Origin: Hydrolagus colliei
Lineage: Eukaryota
NCBI GenBank assembly: GCA_035084275.1
Contig: CM068748.1
Span: 16,058,001-16,122,000, forward strand
DNA length: 64,000 nucleotides
Reading direction: 5' to 3'
The notes under the pieces are model-generated. The model had not been told where the DNA came from and searched no databases. It saw nothing but the letters and a program-made list of their open reading frames with translations. A program made the position numbers and the translations under genes. Each line of letters starts with the position of its first letter. Positions within the stretch are counted from its first letter, which is position 1. Below, in pieces: positions 53,001 through 64,000 of this stretch.

Positions 53001-53795
53001 CGGGTCTGATTTTTAAGTGGATGAGCAAACCCTCCTTCCCTGCTGGGCTCTTCCTATCCTCCCTTCTTCCCTCTGCCTTTCCCTACTCTAATTGTAGACT
53101 TTTCCCCCAGCAGTCCACAAGGAATTGAAGTGGATAGGAATGTTCTGGCACAGGATGCTGACTGCATGACGGCAATAAAAACTGCCTTTCGTCTGCCTTG
53201 TGCCCTGTTTCCTTGTATTGTAGTCAACCACGACATAAGGTGGTACAGGTGCACAGGTTGTGAACTTTAAAGCAAACTGAGCCAACACAAGCAGCACCCT
53301 GCCATTTCTCCCTTGCTCTGGTCTACTGATCGAGGTAAGAGAGACACACCTGTGCACTGTTTGGAAAATCCTTGAGGTTGGCATGCTTTGAGACGAACGG
53401 GATGCATAACATTCAAAAAGCATTTGCCGATAATGGCACCCATTATATATACCCTTGGTTCATTTCACCAGAGATAGAATTTAGACTCATGTGGAGTATA
53501 AACACTGGCATGTATTTGTTGGCACTGTTTTGTGCCAACAATATACTGTACAATCTGTGTAAATCTATGTAGAATGTCTGCTGGAGATGAACGGCATTCA
53601 AAGTAGCAATTTTCGGGATGAAAGCTCAAAGCGTAGTGCATACTCATGTCGACCGTTGAAAATCAAGTGGTTTGTACTTAATGCATCTATTCCCCCCCCC
53701 CCTTCTGCTTGTCATGGACAATCTCTCATGGTGCATGACACGCATTTATTGTTATCCCCTTCCTTAACCTGTCATTTTCTTTCCGTTGTCTTCAG

Positions 53796-53828
53796 CAAAG
53801 TATAACTATAACGGATTTATCACCTCAA
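53796..53828 (+). CDS. KCNMA1: Alternative 33-nt linker exon: (P)KYNYNGFITS(I)
   Basis: cattttctttccgttgtcttcag|CAAAG...CCTCAA|gtaagt; strong splice sites, frame-preserving, phase 1; resembles YGYNGY inserts I recall from non-mammalian Slo1 isoforms. Confidence 0.8.
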
Positions 53829-55394
53829 GTAAGTCATTGATTTGTCAATAATTACTAATTTTTCTGTTGCCTCCCACATGGTTTATTTCTGAATCCCTTC
53901 TCATTTAATCCATTTGTCTTGCTGCCCACAAATGTCATTAGCTTCATTCTGTTTCATCAGTATCGTTCCTTCTGAGGCAGCCCAGTGATCACTCAGTTTT
54001 ATTTACAATCTGTTTAATCGCTGGGATTTGGGGATCTGAGGACACCATTGTTCGAGGCTGGTGACCTTTTTGACAGGTGAAGCAATTTGAGTTTGCCTAA
54101 CCAAGCTATGACATTACCATGGTAACTGGCCCTTCCCGCATGTACCTTGTCTTGGTCCCTCTCCCCCTGACCTTGCTTCTGTGCCTGTCTCTCTCACCCC
54201 CTGGCTTTTTCCCTCATCAATTCCCCCCACTCCACATTCTAGCCTTGCTCCCGCTCTGGTCCTGCAATCCTCTCTAGGTTAGACTATGCCTCACTTGCAT
54301 CATCTGATCAGTCACCACAATCCCAAGTTCGATTGATTGATGCGAACGTTTTCAAAACATTCAGGCCTGTTTAATCAGATTCTCTGCCTTCACCTGAGCT
54401 CATACACATATCTAAGGTCAAATGCTCTTAATCCTTACATGCTGGCCTTGAAACTGAACATATCTGCTTCAGCGCATGCTCGCCCCACATTTCCCAAGTA
54501 CCGATGTCAGCAGTATTTGGGGGAGCTTTCATTTCTTCAACTCCTGCTCATGGCAAGTCTTACAAACCCTGGTCTGTGCATAGATCAAAAATAATTGCTA
54601 CACATGGTTAAAGTACCCGCTGAGCTGTCCTCTGTCACTTTCACTGCTCCATCTGGATTTGCAGTCTGCTCAGATTTAAAATTTCTAATTTGAAAATGAA
54701 ACTGGAAAGGTCCTCTGTGGGTTCTCTTAGCCACGTGCAGGGGAGTAAGCTACGGGAACCACCAGGTTACATTTTTGATCTCATGGTCAAAAACATGAGA
54801 ACAAATGACCTGGACACTGAATTTAGAGATTGCAGCCCTTATTCTCTGTTGACAATTTCTTTTTCTTTGATGTCATTCATAGTTCACTTTTTACTGTTAT
54901 GTTGAAACAAAGTACAGTACTCATTTCTTACAGTTGTGCACTGTTGAGGGGTGATGGGGTGGTGGAGAGAGAGTGAGAGATATGGAGGCGTGAGAGCAAA
55001 AGAGGAGAATTTTGTGTTGAAGAATAGCAGTGATGGTTGACAGAGAGTGGAGTATTAGTCTGTCTCTAGGTGCAGCTATTGACTATTATGCAATACATGA
55101 GTTATCTCAAACTCCACAACATTGCATGGCTAAATTAATTGATGACAGTCAGAATGACAGTGTAACAAATGTGCAAGAAAATTGTGTTTGTGTGCAAAGA
55201 AAAAGCTGTTGAGGTTTTCAGTATTTTTGAGATTGAATGTTCAAATAATCAATCCATCCTTTTGTGCAGAGCAGCAGTGTGGTCACTGTGTTTGTTACTC
55301 ATAATCAGAACTGGTTGCTGCATCTTAAAACAAAATGCACGGCACAATTATGTGAATGTAAATGATCTTTCTACAAATTCTAGTATTGCTTACA

Positions 55395-55925
55395 GCAACA
55401 ACAAATTACATTTGTATAGCATTTTTCATGGCAAAAGAATGTACCATGGTGCTGGACAGTCAAGAATTTACATCCGAGCTGGATGTTAGGATCAAGAGGG
55501 GTGAAGAGCAGGGAGGGTGGGGGTGGGAGGATGATTAAAGGCCCTGTCAGAAGAGGAAGATGTCCATTTAAGGAGGCAAGTGAGGAGGACAAGGCGAAGG
55601 GATTATGGGATGAAGTTCCAAAGGTTTGGGGTAGAGAGGTGGAAGGCCTGACCAATGATGGTGGGGGGGGGCACACGATAGTCCGAAGGTTCGATAGTCC
55701 GAACATACAAATTTCCTATACCCAGGGCAGTTACCGTGGTTACCGCTCGATAGTCCGAACCGACAATGAAATAAGGTTTGTTAATCCGAACATTTCCATC
55801 CTTAGGGTTAGGGTTAGAGTTAGGGTTAGGGGAAGCTTCGGACTATCGAGCTATAACCGATGGTGGGCAGCCAGGCCTGGGGACATGGAACAAGCCAGAG
55901 TCCACAGACCTGGTCATTTATCTGG
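55395..55925 (-). mobile_element. L2 fragment interrupted by a MITE
   Basis: aacaacaaattacatttgtatagc tail; similarity to 3942-4342 resumes after 55859. Confidence 0.7.
55666..55858. mobile_element. 193-bp MITE with a 9-bp TSD (Mutator/MuDR-like) carrying telomeric repeats
   Basis: TSD GATGGTGGG at 55657-55665 and 55859-55867; ends GG-N8-CGATAGTCCGAAG on both strands; TTAGGG-type units at 55802-55831. Confidence 0.85.
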
Positions 55926-56234
55926 TATTGTTTTGAACCTTGATTTCTAGTTACAATGAATTGCATGTTGGTGGGTATCAAGCAGTCTGTTTTGAATATT
56001 GGATGAATTTCACAGACAGCAGGTGGTGCTACAACTTAAGGAATAAACTGTGACTGAGATCACATACAAAGTGCACTTATTGTACTATAGACATGATAAC
56101 AAGTTTATTTCCTTATTCTCTTGTTTATTTTCCCCAAGTATTTCACAGCCCTACAGCCATTGCAAATGTTCCAATTCAAGTCAATTAAATAAACTGCAGA
56201 CAGATCTAACCTCTCTTATTTTTCTTTGTAAGTC

Positions 56235-56520
56235 TATAAAGTTTTACAACACCCAAGGAGGCCACCTTGAGCTTAAGCCAACTCCCCACTGCTGGAGCTA
56301 TCTGCTCACAGCCCATTGCCATTGCTCTCCCCCCTCCCCCCATACATAGGCCTTTTGTTTTGTTTCTCCTCTAGTATTTATCCAATTCCCTTTTAAATGT
56401 TGCAGTGGAATCGTCTTTCAACAGCTATTTGGGGAAAGCCATTCATATTGTAACAATCAAGCAAACATTTTCTTCTCATCTCCTTACCCCATGCTCCCTT
56501 ACTCCCCACCTTTTTTTCAT
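56235..56520 (-). mobile_element. CR1-like 3'-end remnant
   Basis: aaggaggccacc...ttatccaattcccttttaaatgttgcag pattern; approximate. Confidence 0.45.
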
Positions 56521-57964
56521 CTCGTGAAAAAAATTAAATTTCTGAAGCTTATCCTCTGTTTTAGAGTTTTTAGATGGAATCTGATATTATCCTGTAACCA
56601 AAGTTGCAATTCCAATTTACAGTGTTCGTGCTTATGGCGGAAGTGTAACTTGTGCCTCTGTAACATTAGGGAAGACGGTCTGTTGTTTGTGCTTTTGGCT
56701 AATGTAGTGTTCAGTAGTGGAGTTGCTAGCAATGCTTTAGCACGTGTTGCTTTACCAGCCACCGAACAAAGGCCCTTAAACTCTCAAGTTAACCAGGCTA
56801 GAGAATATAAATAATCAGGTTCAAGGAACGCCACATTTTTGTGGATGAAACACATATTTTTCTTTTTGTATCTGATCTTTCAAATTGCCAACCAGTCTTT
56901 ACATAACTGATAAGAAATGCGCGGCAAGCTCATCATCTGCTTCGTTTCGCGCAAACAGACAGCAGCCGTCTTGATCATTCTGGATCCTCTGTGAAACTGC
57001 CACACTGCGTATTCTCAAACTAATGCTGTATATGTTTGACAACGTACAGATGAATCCAGGAGTTATCGGTGCGGGGGTTTGAATCTAAGCGGCAGCTGAC
57101 GTTAGAATCAGCCTCCATGTATAGCTCTAAGCTAGTTCGGGGAAGCTGTGCTGCTGTGGTATGAAGGATTTTTTAAAAATGCCTTCAGTAATGTGTGGAA
57201 GAGAAATATTTTTCACGAAAAAAAGCCATTGGCCTGCATTAAAATTGAAATGAGCTTCATAAGTAATTCTGAAAATTTGTGACACTTTGTGATCATTTAA
57301 CTAAGATCCAAAATAATGACTGCATTAATTAAAACCCATCCAATTACCTGGGATTAGCTATTAAAAGCTGAAGTATCAAATGTGGAGTTATATATCTTCG
57401 AGCTGTTTGCTTCAGAAATCTAGTCTGCCTCAAGCATTTGATGTGAATTTTATACGTCTTTCAAAATCGAAATTGCAAAGACTTTTTTCCATAGGAAATC
57501 ATAAATAATGCAATGGCAGTAATGCAATATTTATTTTTAACAAGTTAATTCATGGGGAGATGCTTGTGATTATTCATGGGGCGATGTTTATGTCATTAGA
57601 TGCGATTAAAGATGTTTGCTCTGAATATTTATATTTATTATTGTGCATGTCTCCTGTGCCTCTCTAAAGTTTAAATTAATCACACTTCTGGTTCAAATTA
57701 TTTCATACCATTTATGGGGCATTGTTTATTACGATTTAGTGTTACTGCACTTACTGTTGAAACTTGGATATTGGTTGCTTGTACTCTGTGGTCTGACCAT
57801 GTTATCAAACTGTTGGCGAATATGGGAAAATCTCCTTAAAATTTGGCATCAATATGATCTGAGATTGGTGTCACCTGTCACTAATACCAATAGTTTGACA
57901 GATAAGATGCATTTTCTTTATAAATGTCATAATCCTGGGTCCATGGGCTTGGTCAAGTATTAGC

Positions 57965-58050
57965 GTGTGTATGTATGCATGTGTGTCTACATGTGCTGTG
58001 TGTATACACATCCGCATGAATGTATATATGTGTGTGTGTATATGTATGTG
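57965..58050. repeat. Imperfect (GT/AT)n microsatellite
   Basis: gtgtgtatgtatgcatgtgtgt...tatatatgtgtgtgtgtatatg. Confidence 0.7.
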
Positions 58051-58619
58051 CAGTGGAGGAAGGACTAAACTGATATCATACCTCTAAATAATGACATAAA
58101 GTATTGAAGGTAAATTAACTGACTTTAAAGCCTGTCGAAGTAGGTCTTTGACCACTACAGTTAATGTCTCTCTCATGTTGGCATCAGTGCCTTCTGCTCC
58201 GGAGATATTCGGCTTGCAATGTTGTGTTGTCGCCGGCGGAAACTTGACATCCTTCTCTGTCCTGCAGTATTTGTAACTCAGTACTTGATTGATTTCTCAG
58301 GAAAGGATATACAGTACTTAGGTTAAGGGCTTATTATTGAAAGAACAAGTTTGTAAAATATTGTTCCGAGTAATGCATGAAATACTCCAGAGTCATGGTG
58401 TGGGTATGGGTGGGAGGGTCTGAGAGATGTCCCATTTGTCTCCTCCCCAAACTGCAATCTGGGTGCTGCTCAGTTACATGCTTTGCAGGAAGAAAGGGGA
58501 AGATTATTTGTCTTGCTCTCAACATCACAATCTTTGCCACTGAGCACCATGACACGTGGAGAACAAGGTTGCCTCGGTGATCAAATGTGATCTTGCTTTG
58601 ATGGTGTAAGGCGGAGGGG

Positions 58620-58950
58620 CTCCAGGATACAGATCCGGAGGGTGGGGGCAGAAAAGTCAAAGGCTCAACCACCAATAGTGGAGCAGATAGAGTGGATGTG
58701 GAGCAGATGGGTACCTGCCAAGTGGGGGAGCGGATAGTTGGTAAAGATTTAGTGGGTCACAGAGGTTTACCCCACCAGCGAAGCCAGGAGAGAATGGGGG
58801 TGATCGACTCACGGAGTTAAGATAGGAACTTACAAACAGGGATACAAGGAGGCAGGTCAGCAACCCAGTGACATTATTCCAGGTGACTCCTTTCAGGTGG
58901 GTCAAGAGTGACGTCACCTATAAAGGAGATCTCCTGCCTGCCTTCCTTGA
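58620..58950 (-). mobile_element. Degenerate L2 fragment
   Basis: ggagggtgggggcagaaaagtcaaaggctcaaccaccaatag resembles the GGRAFS-coding segment of the other copies. Confidence 0.5.
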
Positions 58951-59547
58951 AGATGGTGGGACTCACAGAAGAAATATTTTTATATTCAATGTTTTTTTAT
59001 TTTTGCTGGAATCCAATTGGCCAAATTTATTTGATTGATTTATGCCTTAATGATTGATACCGATGACGGAAACTAGTCATTTGCACTATGATACACTATT
59101 GTGCAAATGGTTAAAAAAAAGTGTAATGATAGTCACAGGAGAAGGTGATGGAGATAATGAGTGTGTGACATTAGACGGTAAGTATTCATGCACACTGGGT
59201 CTGGCGGTGCTGATGCTATCCAGATTGTGAACTGTAACAGCAAGTAAATAGAGGCCTGGCACACCGTACGCTTGTTCTTCCATTCTCCAACTTGTCATCG
59301 CGTTACCCCACCTCAAAGGTTACAACTGAGATCAGACCTGGGTATTGATTCATCTTGCTGACGTTTGGCATTCTATGTTTTCCACATCTGTTTTGCACTG
59401 ACAATTTAACTGCAATGGGTATTTTTTTTTCTGTTGTTACAGAAATGAAACAAAAATGCCCATTTTTGCCAACAATAACATTGTGAAAATGCAAATGCCT
59501 CGTTGTGCTTTGTTTCTTAATGTGTCCACTTTTTTTTTACTTGGCAG

Positions 59548-59835
59548 TAAAGGATGAAGCTGAACCAGGTTTGCTAAATGACTCACTTAAAGCCCGCTCC
59601 ACCAAGTCCCACACATTGTCAAATGCTGTACCTATTACAGAAGGCCCTGAAGCCGTGCGGCTTGTTAATAACCGTAAAGGAAGCCTCTACTTGTCCAGTG
59701 ACTCTTCACTCAGGCGCCTAAGTCTGCTGAATACAAGTGATCAAGGAAGAGGTGCCCAGTGTAGGTTACAGCGTGCACGCAGCTTGCCTGTGAAATACAG
59801 ATACCACTCCAACAACACTACATGCGACGATCTCT
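59548..59835 (+). CDS. KCNMA1: Alternative 288-nt (96-codon) linker exon: (L)KDEAEPGLLNDSLKARSTKSHTLSNAVPITEGPEAVRLVNNRKGSLYLSSDSSLRRLSLLNTSDQGRGAQCRLQRARSLPVKYRYHSNNTTCDDL(F)
   Basis: ttttttttacttggcag|TAAAGG...GATCTCT|gtaggt; stop-free in the required phase-1 frame; length divisible by 3; TGCATG at 59881. Confidence 0.78.
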
Positions 59836-60349
59836 GTAGGTTTCCCCTCGACTGCACTTGTCAGCCAGTGCAGATACATATGCATGAAATTCTAGCTTTG
59901 GGTGTTTTTATTTTGTTCCCCCCCAAAACCCAAATCTGCCAAGTGATGATAAGACAGTGGGGCCCTCCAGATGTGATCCTTTTCTGATCTGGTGTGAACT
60001 CAACCTCTGCTCAATAGCAACCTAGACATGGGGGAGATGGGGAGTTGGGGATTGGGGGGATAAGCAGTTGGAAGAAGGGGGAGTTATGATCTTACATAAA
60101 TAAATCAAATTTCCTGGTTAGTCCAAAAAAATCTTCATTATAAGAACTGCTATTTTCTGAGTTTATTCCCATGTAAACTTCATTGTGTTTTGAAGTTTAA
60201 GTGAGCTTTGGAAAATAGTTGCGTTACAATCGCTGCAGTTTTGTTGTGTTGATGTAACATATTGTTGAGCAAAAATTTCAGGATCCCCCAAAAAACAGAA
60301 GCAAAGTTATATCATATCTAATCTAATTCGTCACTAATGATTGTCGACC

Positions 60350-60490
60350 TGTGCCTTCCTGTGCAATTGGCTGCTGGGTTTCACCCACAAAATACATAAT
60401 CACTACACTTTACAGTACGTACTGTGAAGCGCTTTGAGACATCTTGAAGATATAATAAAGTGCTATATCAAATGCAAAGATTATAATTTA
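60350..60490 (+). mobile_element. SINE 3' half
   Basis: gtgcaattggctgc...gaagcgctttgagac...gctatatcaaatgcaa. Confidence 0.7.
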
Positions 60491-61784
60491 GAACTCTTTC
60501 TATTTACTGTATGTAAATATCTGTTGCTGTAGATTCTAACCCACCATTGTACACGTCACTCTGTGTACATTATTCAGAGGGTGCAACCTCAAAGTTTGAA
60601 GAAGCAATGCACTGTCCCAGTACAATGATACCGAAAAGCATAGACAAATCTCTTAGCAACTAGGAAATAAAGAACAAAATGACATTGCAAATGAGGATTG
60701 AAAACAGCTTGAGTTTTTTTTTGCAATAATATATTACACCTTTAAAGGAAAAGAATACGTCTTTCCCAGGTTTTGTGGATCACTCTCTCGGGGAATCATG
60801 TCATCTTATCACTTGCCAGTAATAACAGTTTGAAGTTTGACTAAACATCTTCCAGAAAATGATTGAGAATTCCCATGCCAGAACTTTTCTTTTAACTTTC
60901 AAACCAGACAGCATCCCAGTCCACCCATATTAAACAACCCTTGAAATTATTTTCTTTCCAGCTACAAGTCTGGCCGTGGCTCGAGTCTTTTGTAGGCAGT
61001 CACACTTTAGGAGTTTTTTTTAAAAAAAGAAATATTTTTTATAAACTAATCTCTTTACTAATTCCATACTAGACAATATAGCCAATTACACACAGAAAGT
61101 GCTGGCAGATGTCATTACTAACAGATTAAAAGTCACAGTGAAATGCAACTTAAATGATCAGGCTGGATATTTGAGTTGTGTCTAAGCAAAACTTGCACAG
61201 TTAAAATAATGCAGTCCACTTCAATGGAGGAGCTTTTTTTGCTCTTTTGTCATGTGCCATTCTTTGATTCAGCCTCGTAGCTATATACACACTCACACAC
61301 ATACACACCTACAACATTCATTTTGGGAGCCTGAGCTAGTTTCAGTTTGGCATGCCTTCCTGAGAGCTCAAAAGGGTTAGCAGAGTATATGGGAGCAGAG
61401 AAATGTGTAGTAAGCAAACCCCAGACAGTAACCTTGTACAGTACCAAGTTATTTTCTTTTGCAATTCTGTATTTCCATTTATTTCTTTGCCAGTGATGGA
61501 CCATCCTTCCTGACAATTACTTGAGGCATTGTTTTTATATTCTCTCTATCAGCTCTCCTCTCATCACTCAATTCTAACTATTTTGTTTCGCTCAGATTGT
61601 TGTACAGTACCAATATATGTGGCTACTCTCTGTAGGATAGTTGAAATTGTGAACAAACAATTGAAAAAAAAACATCCTTTATTTCTTGATGTACACAAAG
61701 ATGTATATGTGTATTTGTGGGCCTGTTTTTCCACAAGAATATACAGTGTCTCCATTTTACGGTACAACTTTTATAACTCCATCA

Positions 61785-61870
61785 GCCCCATCCCGACCCC
61801 AACTCGGATCCGAAACACTGACTATCCATGAAAGGCGTTATACAAATGTAATTTTGTTGTTGTTGTTGAA
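61785..61870 (+). mobile_element. L2 extreme 3' end
   Basis: catgaaaggcgttatacaaatgtaattttgttgttgttgttg. Confidence 0.7.
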
Positions 61871-62955
61871 GCACTTTGAGATGTCCTTCCATCTTGCAAG
61901 GTTCTAAATCGAATGCAAGGATCATTGTTATTTTATCATTATTGATCCCAAAAGCCCTTTATTTGAAGGACTCAGGAAATATTTTATCCCTTCAATAAAT
62001 TCATGAATGCAGTCTGACTTTTCATGAATTTTTCTGAACCATGTCGTAAGCAAGGTTTCGGCTGAATTTAACAAGATATCCAAATCTCTTATTCAGTAAA
62101 TGTAAACCTTGAACTGAATGACAGATGAGATATACAGAGACAATGTGGTGTGGATTTAAAATCTTTGGAGTGTTAAAATGTGGCTAATGTAGACAACTTG
62201 AATTAATAGTGTCTTCTTAATGGATTAAATCCTTGGGTTACACTTTGCCTGGCTTTTTAACGGGCAACTCCACTGTCATTCTTTGAAAGGCTGGAGATTA
62301 CACTTGGTAGGATTTTCTCACACACTTGTTTGTTTTGCTCAATCCTGCAAATTCCTTCATAGTTCCTGTAGTCACTGCTGGTTTAACATTGAAGGCTGTG
62401 AGCCGGAAACAGCGCGTTAATGCTGCACGCTCTAGAGTGACACCTTCTTTAACCCGAGTGGTTTGATTTCTACTTAAAAAGAATTGTTGTCGTATTTTAG
62501 ATATTTAACCTGTACAAAGTCTTCAATTTTGTTATTTACGCTTTCTGAATGGGGCAGTTGGTTCCTTCACCCTCAGCCACCCAAATTAAAACTGTGTGCC
62601 TTCCCTGTGAGTCCTGTTTTGATAAACATTGTTTTCAACTTTCTTTTAATTGATATCATGTGTGTGTATGTGTGTGTTTAGTGTTTAGCAATATTGAGTG
62701 CTAGATTACCTTAGTCACGCCTTTAGGATTTTGAACTGGTTTGTTTTTGATTAATACGTTAGACCGTACTTAGTCCTCATTTGATTTGATTTTCTTTTCC
62801 CCGAGTAACCCGTTCATTGCTATATAGTGGAGATCTTTAACTTTCATAATGAGTCACTTTCTGTTTAAATATGCATTTAAAAAAAAAAAAAAAATTCCAT
62901 TTCGGGCATACTTCTGAAAATGGCTCCTAAACTCACATCTTCCGTATGTTTGCAG

Positions 62956-63055
62956 TTGCGGTTGAAGATCAACGTCCATCAACACTGTCACCCAAAAAAA
63001 AGCAGCGCAACGGAGGCATGCGAAATTCACCCAACAGTTCACCCAAATTGATGAG
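62956..63055 (+). CDS. KCNMA1: KCNMA1 exon, 100 nt: (L)[32 protein letters not shown](R)
   Basis: tatgtttgcag|TTGCGG...TGATGAG|gtaaga. Confidence 0.95.
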
Positions 63056-64000
63056 GTAAGAAAAGACAGCTAAAGAACTCTCTGTCTGAAGAGAAAGGGA
63101 GCGAGCGAGAAAAATCCTTAAAGGCTGAAGTATTTATTCTGTCAGGCTGTCAGCGGTTAATGATAGAGCTGAAAAATTTCTGTCATGAAAGAGGGTAGGC
63201 AAAGCTGTTAGAGAGAATGCAGGCTTTAAACTCTCAGCTGTCACCTCAGTCTGTCCACATGTATTTCTTAAACAGCAATGGCACTAATGACAGCGGTAAC
63301 CAATCAGAGAGACTCATACGGTTACCTTCCCTCAGGCTATTCCCTGTGTCTACGAGTCCCTTGGAGTACTGTTTTCTGTACTTGAGGCCATATGTGAGAT
63401 GTATCGTAACAATGAAAAATGAACCCAAATTTTTACATTCCTTTTATCTTGTCCATTTGCATTAAATTGTCGTTAATTGATTTTGACTCCGAGGAGAGAG
63501 AAATGGCGCGGGAGTGGGAGGAAGCTAAATAATTGGCAGGTTCGGTAACGGGAAGTTTACGAGCTGGTGATGAGTGAGGGGAGCACTTGGTTGCTGCCGT
63601 GTCACGGGTTAACCTGCACTCGGTGTTTGACAAGTAAACAGCTTCATCCACTTAGCATATGAAACAATCATACAAGAAAATTGCTTGGGGTTTACAGAAG
63701 CTCCAAACCTTATTTTTTGCTGAACAGAAGGTCCCTGTTTACCATGTAAAATATGCACCAACCTCTTTTGATCTCTACACAGTATTAATTCCGAGGAGTG
63801 GGTTGAACTCTTATGGTGCGCTTCAAAGCTGTGCCGAACTTTTGCCGCTGTAGGGTAATCCTTTATATTAGTGGCCCTCGGGTGGCTGAATGACAGGTCT
63901 CCTGTGCTAGGTGGAGCTTTCTCAAGTTGTAGCCTTCAGCAAAATGTGGAATTACTGAACAGAGAATCACCCGGGCTTTCAGAAATCCGTTTCCCGCAGA

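Noticed and set aside
53573-53805. Phase-1 open frame after tatgtag (CLLEMNGIQSSNF...) as another exon
   Set aside because: No polypyrimidine tract and no convincing phase-correct donor.
55676-55848. Short interspaced repeats resembling a CRISPR array
   Set aside because: Vertebrate intron; 12-bp units with irregular spacing and one inverted copy inside a TSD-flanked MITE.
55483-55950. 155-aa ORF with RVRVRVRVR
   Set aside because: Translation of antisense L2 plus the MITE's TTAGGG repeats.
56921-56945. KLIICF encoded both here and at about 32974-32991
   Set aside because: Six-residue match with no supporting splice structure; most likely chance.
58188-58275. Possible exon PSAPEIFGLQCCVV...
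   Set aside because: Runs into a stop, and the nearby donors are weak or out of phase.
59505-59987. 160-aa ORF as a stand-alone gene
   Set aside because: It is the 288-nt KCNMA1 exon plus flanking intron.
42657-62955. Orthologue of mammalian exon 22 (KVAARSRYSKDPFEF...)
   Set aside because: No recognisable match found by eye; absence is not proven without alignment.

Overview
This is vertebrate genomic DNA: an internal 64-kb slice of KCNMA1 (Slo1/BK calcium-activated K+ channel alpha subunit) on the + strand. It runs from the start of RCK1 ([12 protein letters not shown]) through the heme-binding CKACH motif into the RCK1-RCK2 linker ([14 protein letters not shown]). Ten core exons were reconstructed by hand, all with canonical AG/GT ends and compatible phases. 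Alternative exons are a 12-nt 'SRKR'-type microexon, the 9-nt 'IYF' microexon, the 174-nt STREX exon, a 33-nt exon and a 288-nt exon, plus several weaker candidates. Introns hold L2 and CR1 LINE remnants, tRNA-derived SINEs including Deu-domain SINEs, and two MITEs. The repeat landscape and compact introns suggest a cartilaginous fish, possibly a chimaera; this is inference. Nearly all ORFs in the supplied track are spurious or are exon/repeat read-throughs. The most notable observations: (1) this STREX exon gains a cysteine that creates an exact CxxCxxCxxxC spacing and loses the mammalian hypoxia-sensing CSC serine; (2) a 96-codon linker exon has three in-frame donors and kinase/14-3-3-like motifs; (3) a candidate 20-nt poison microexon; (4) a 9-bp-TSD MITE carrying telomeric TTAGGG repeats. 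Comparisons with other species come from memory and need alignment checks.
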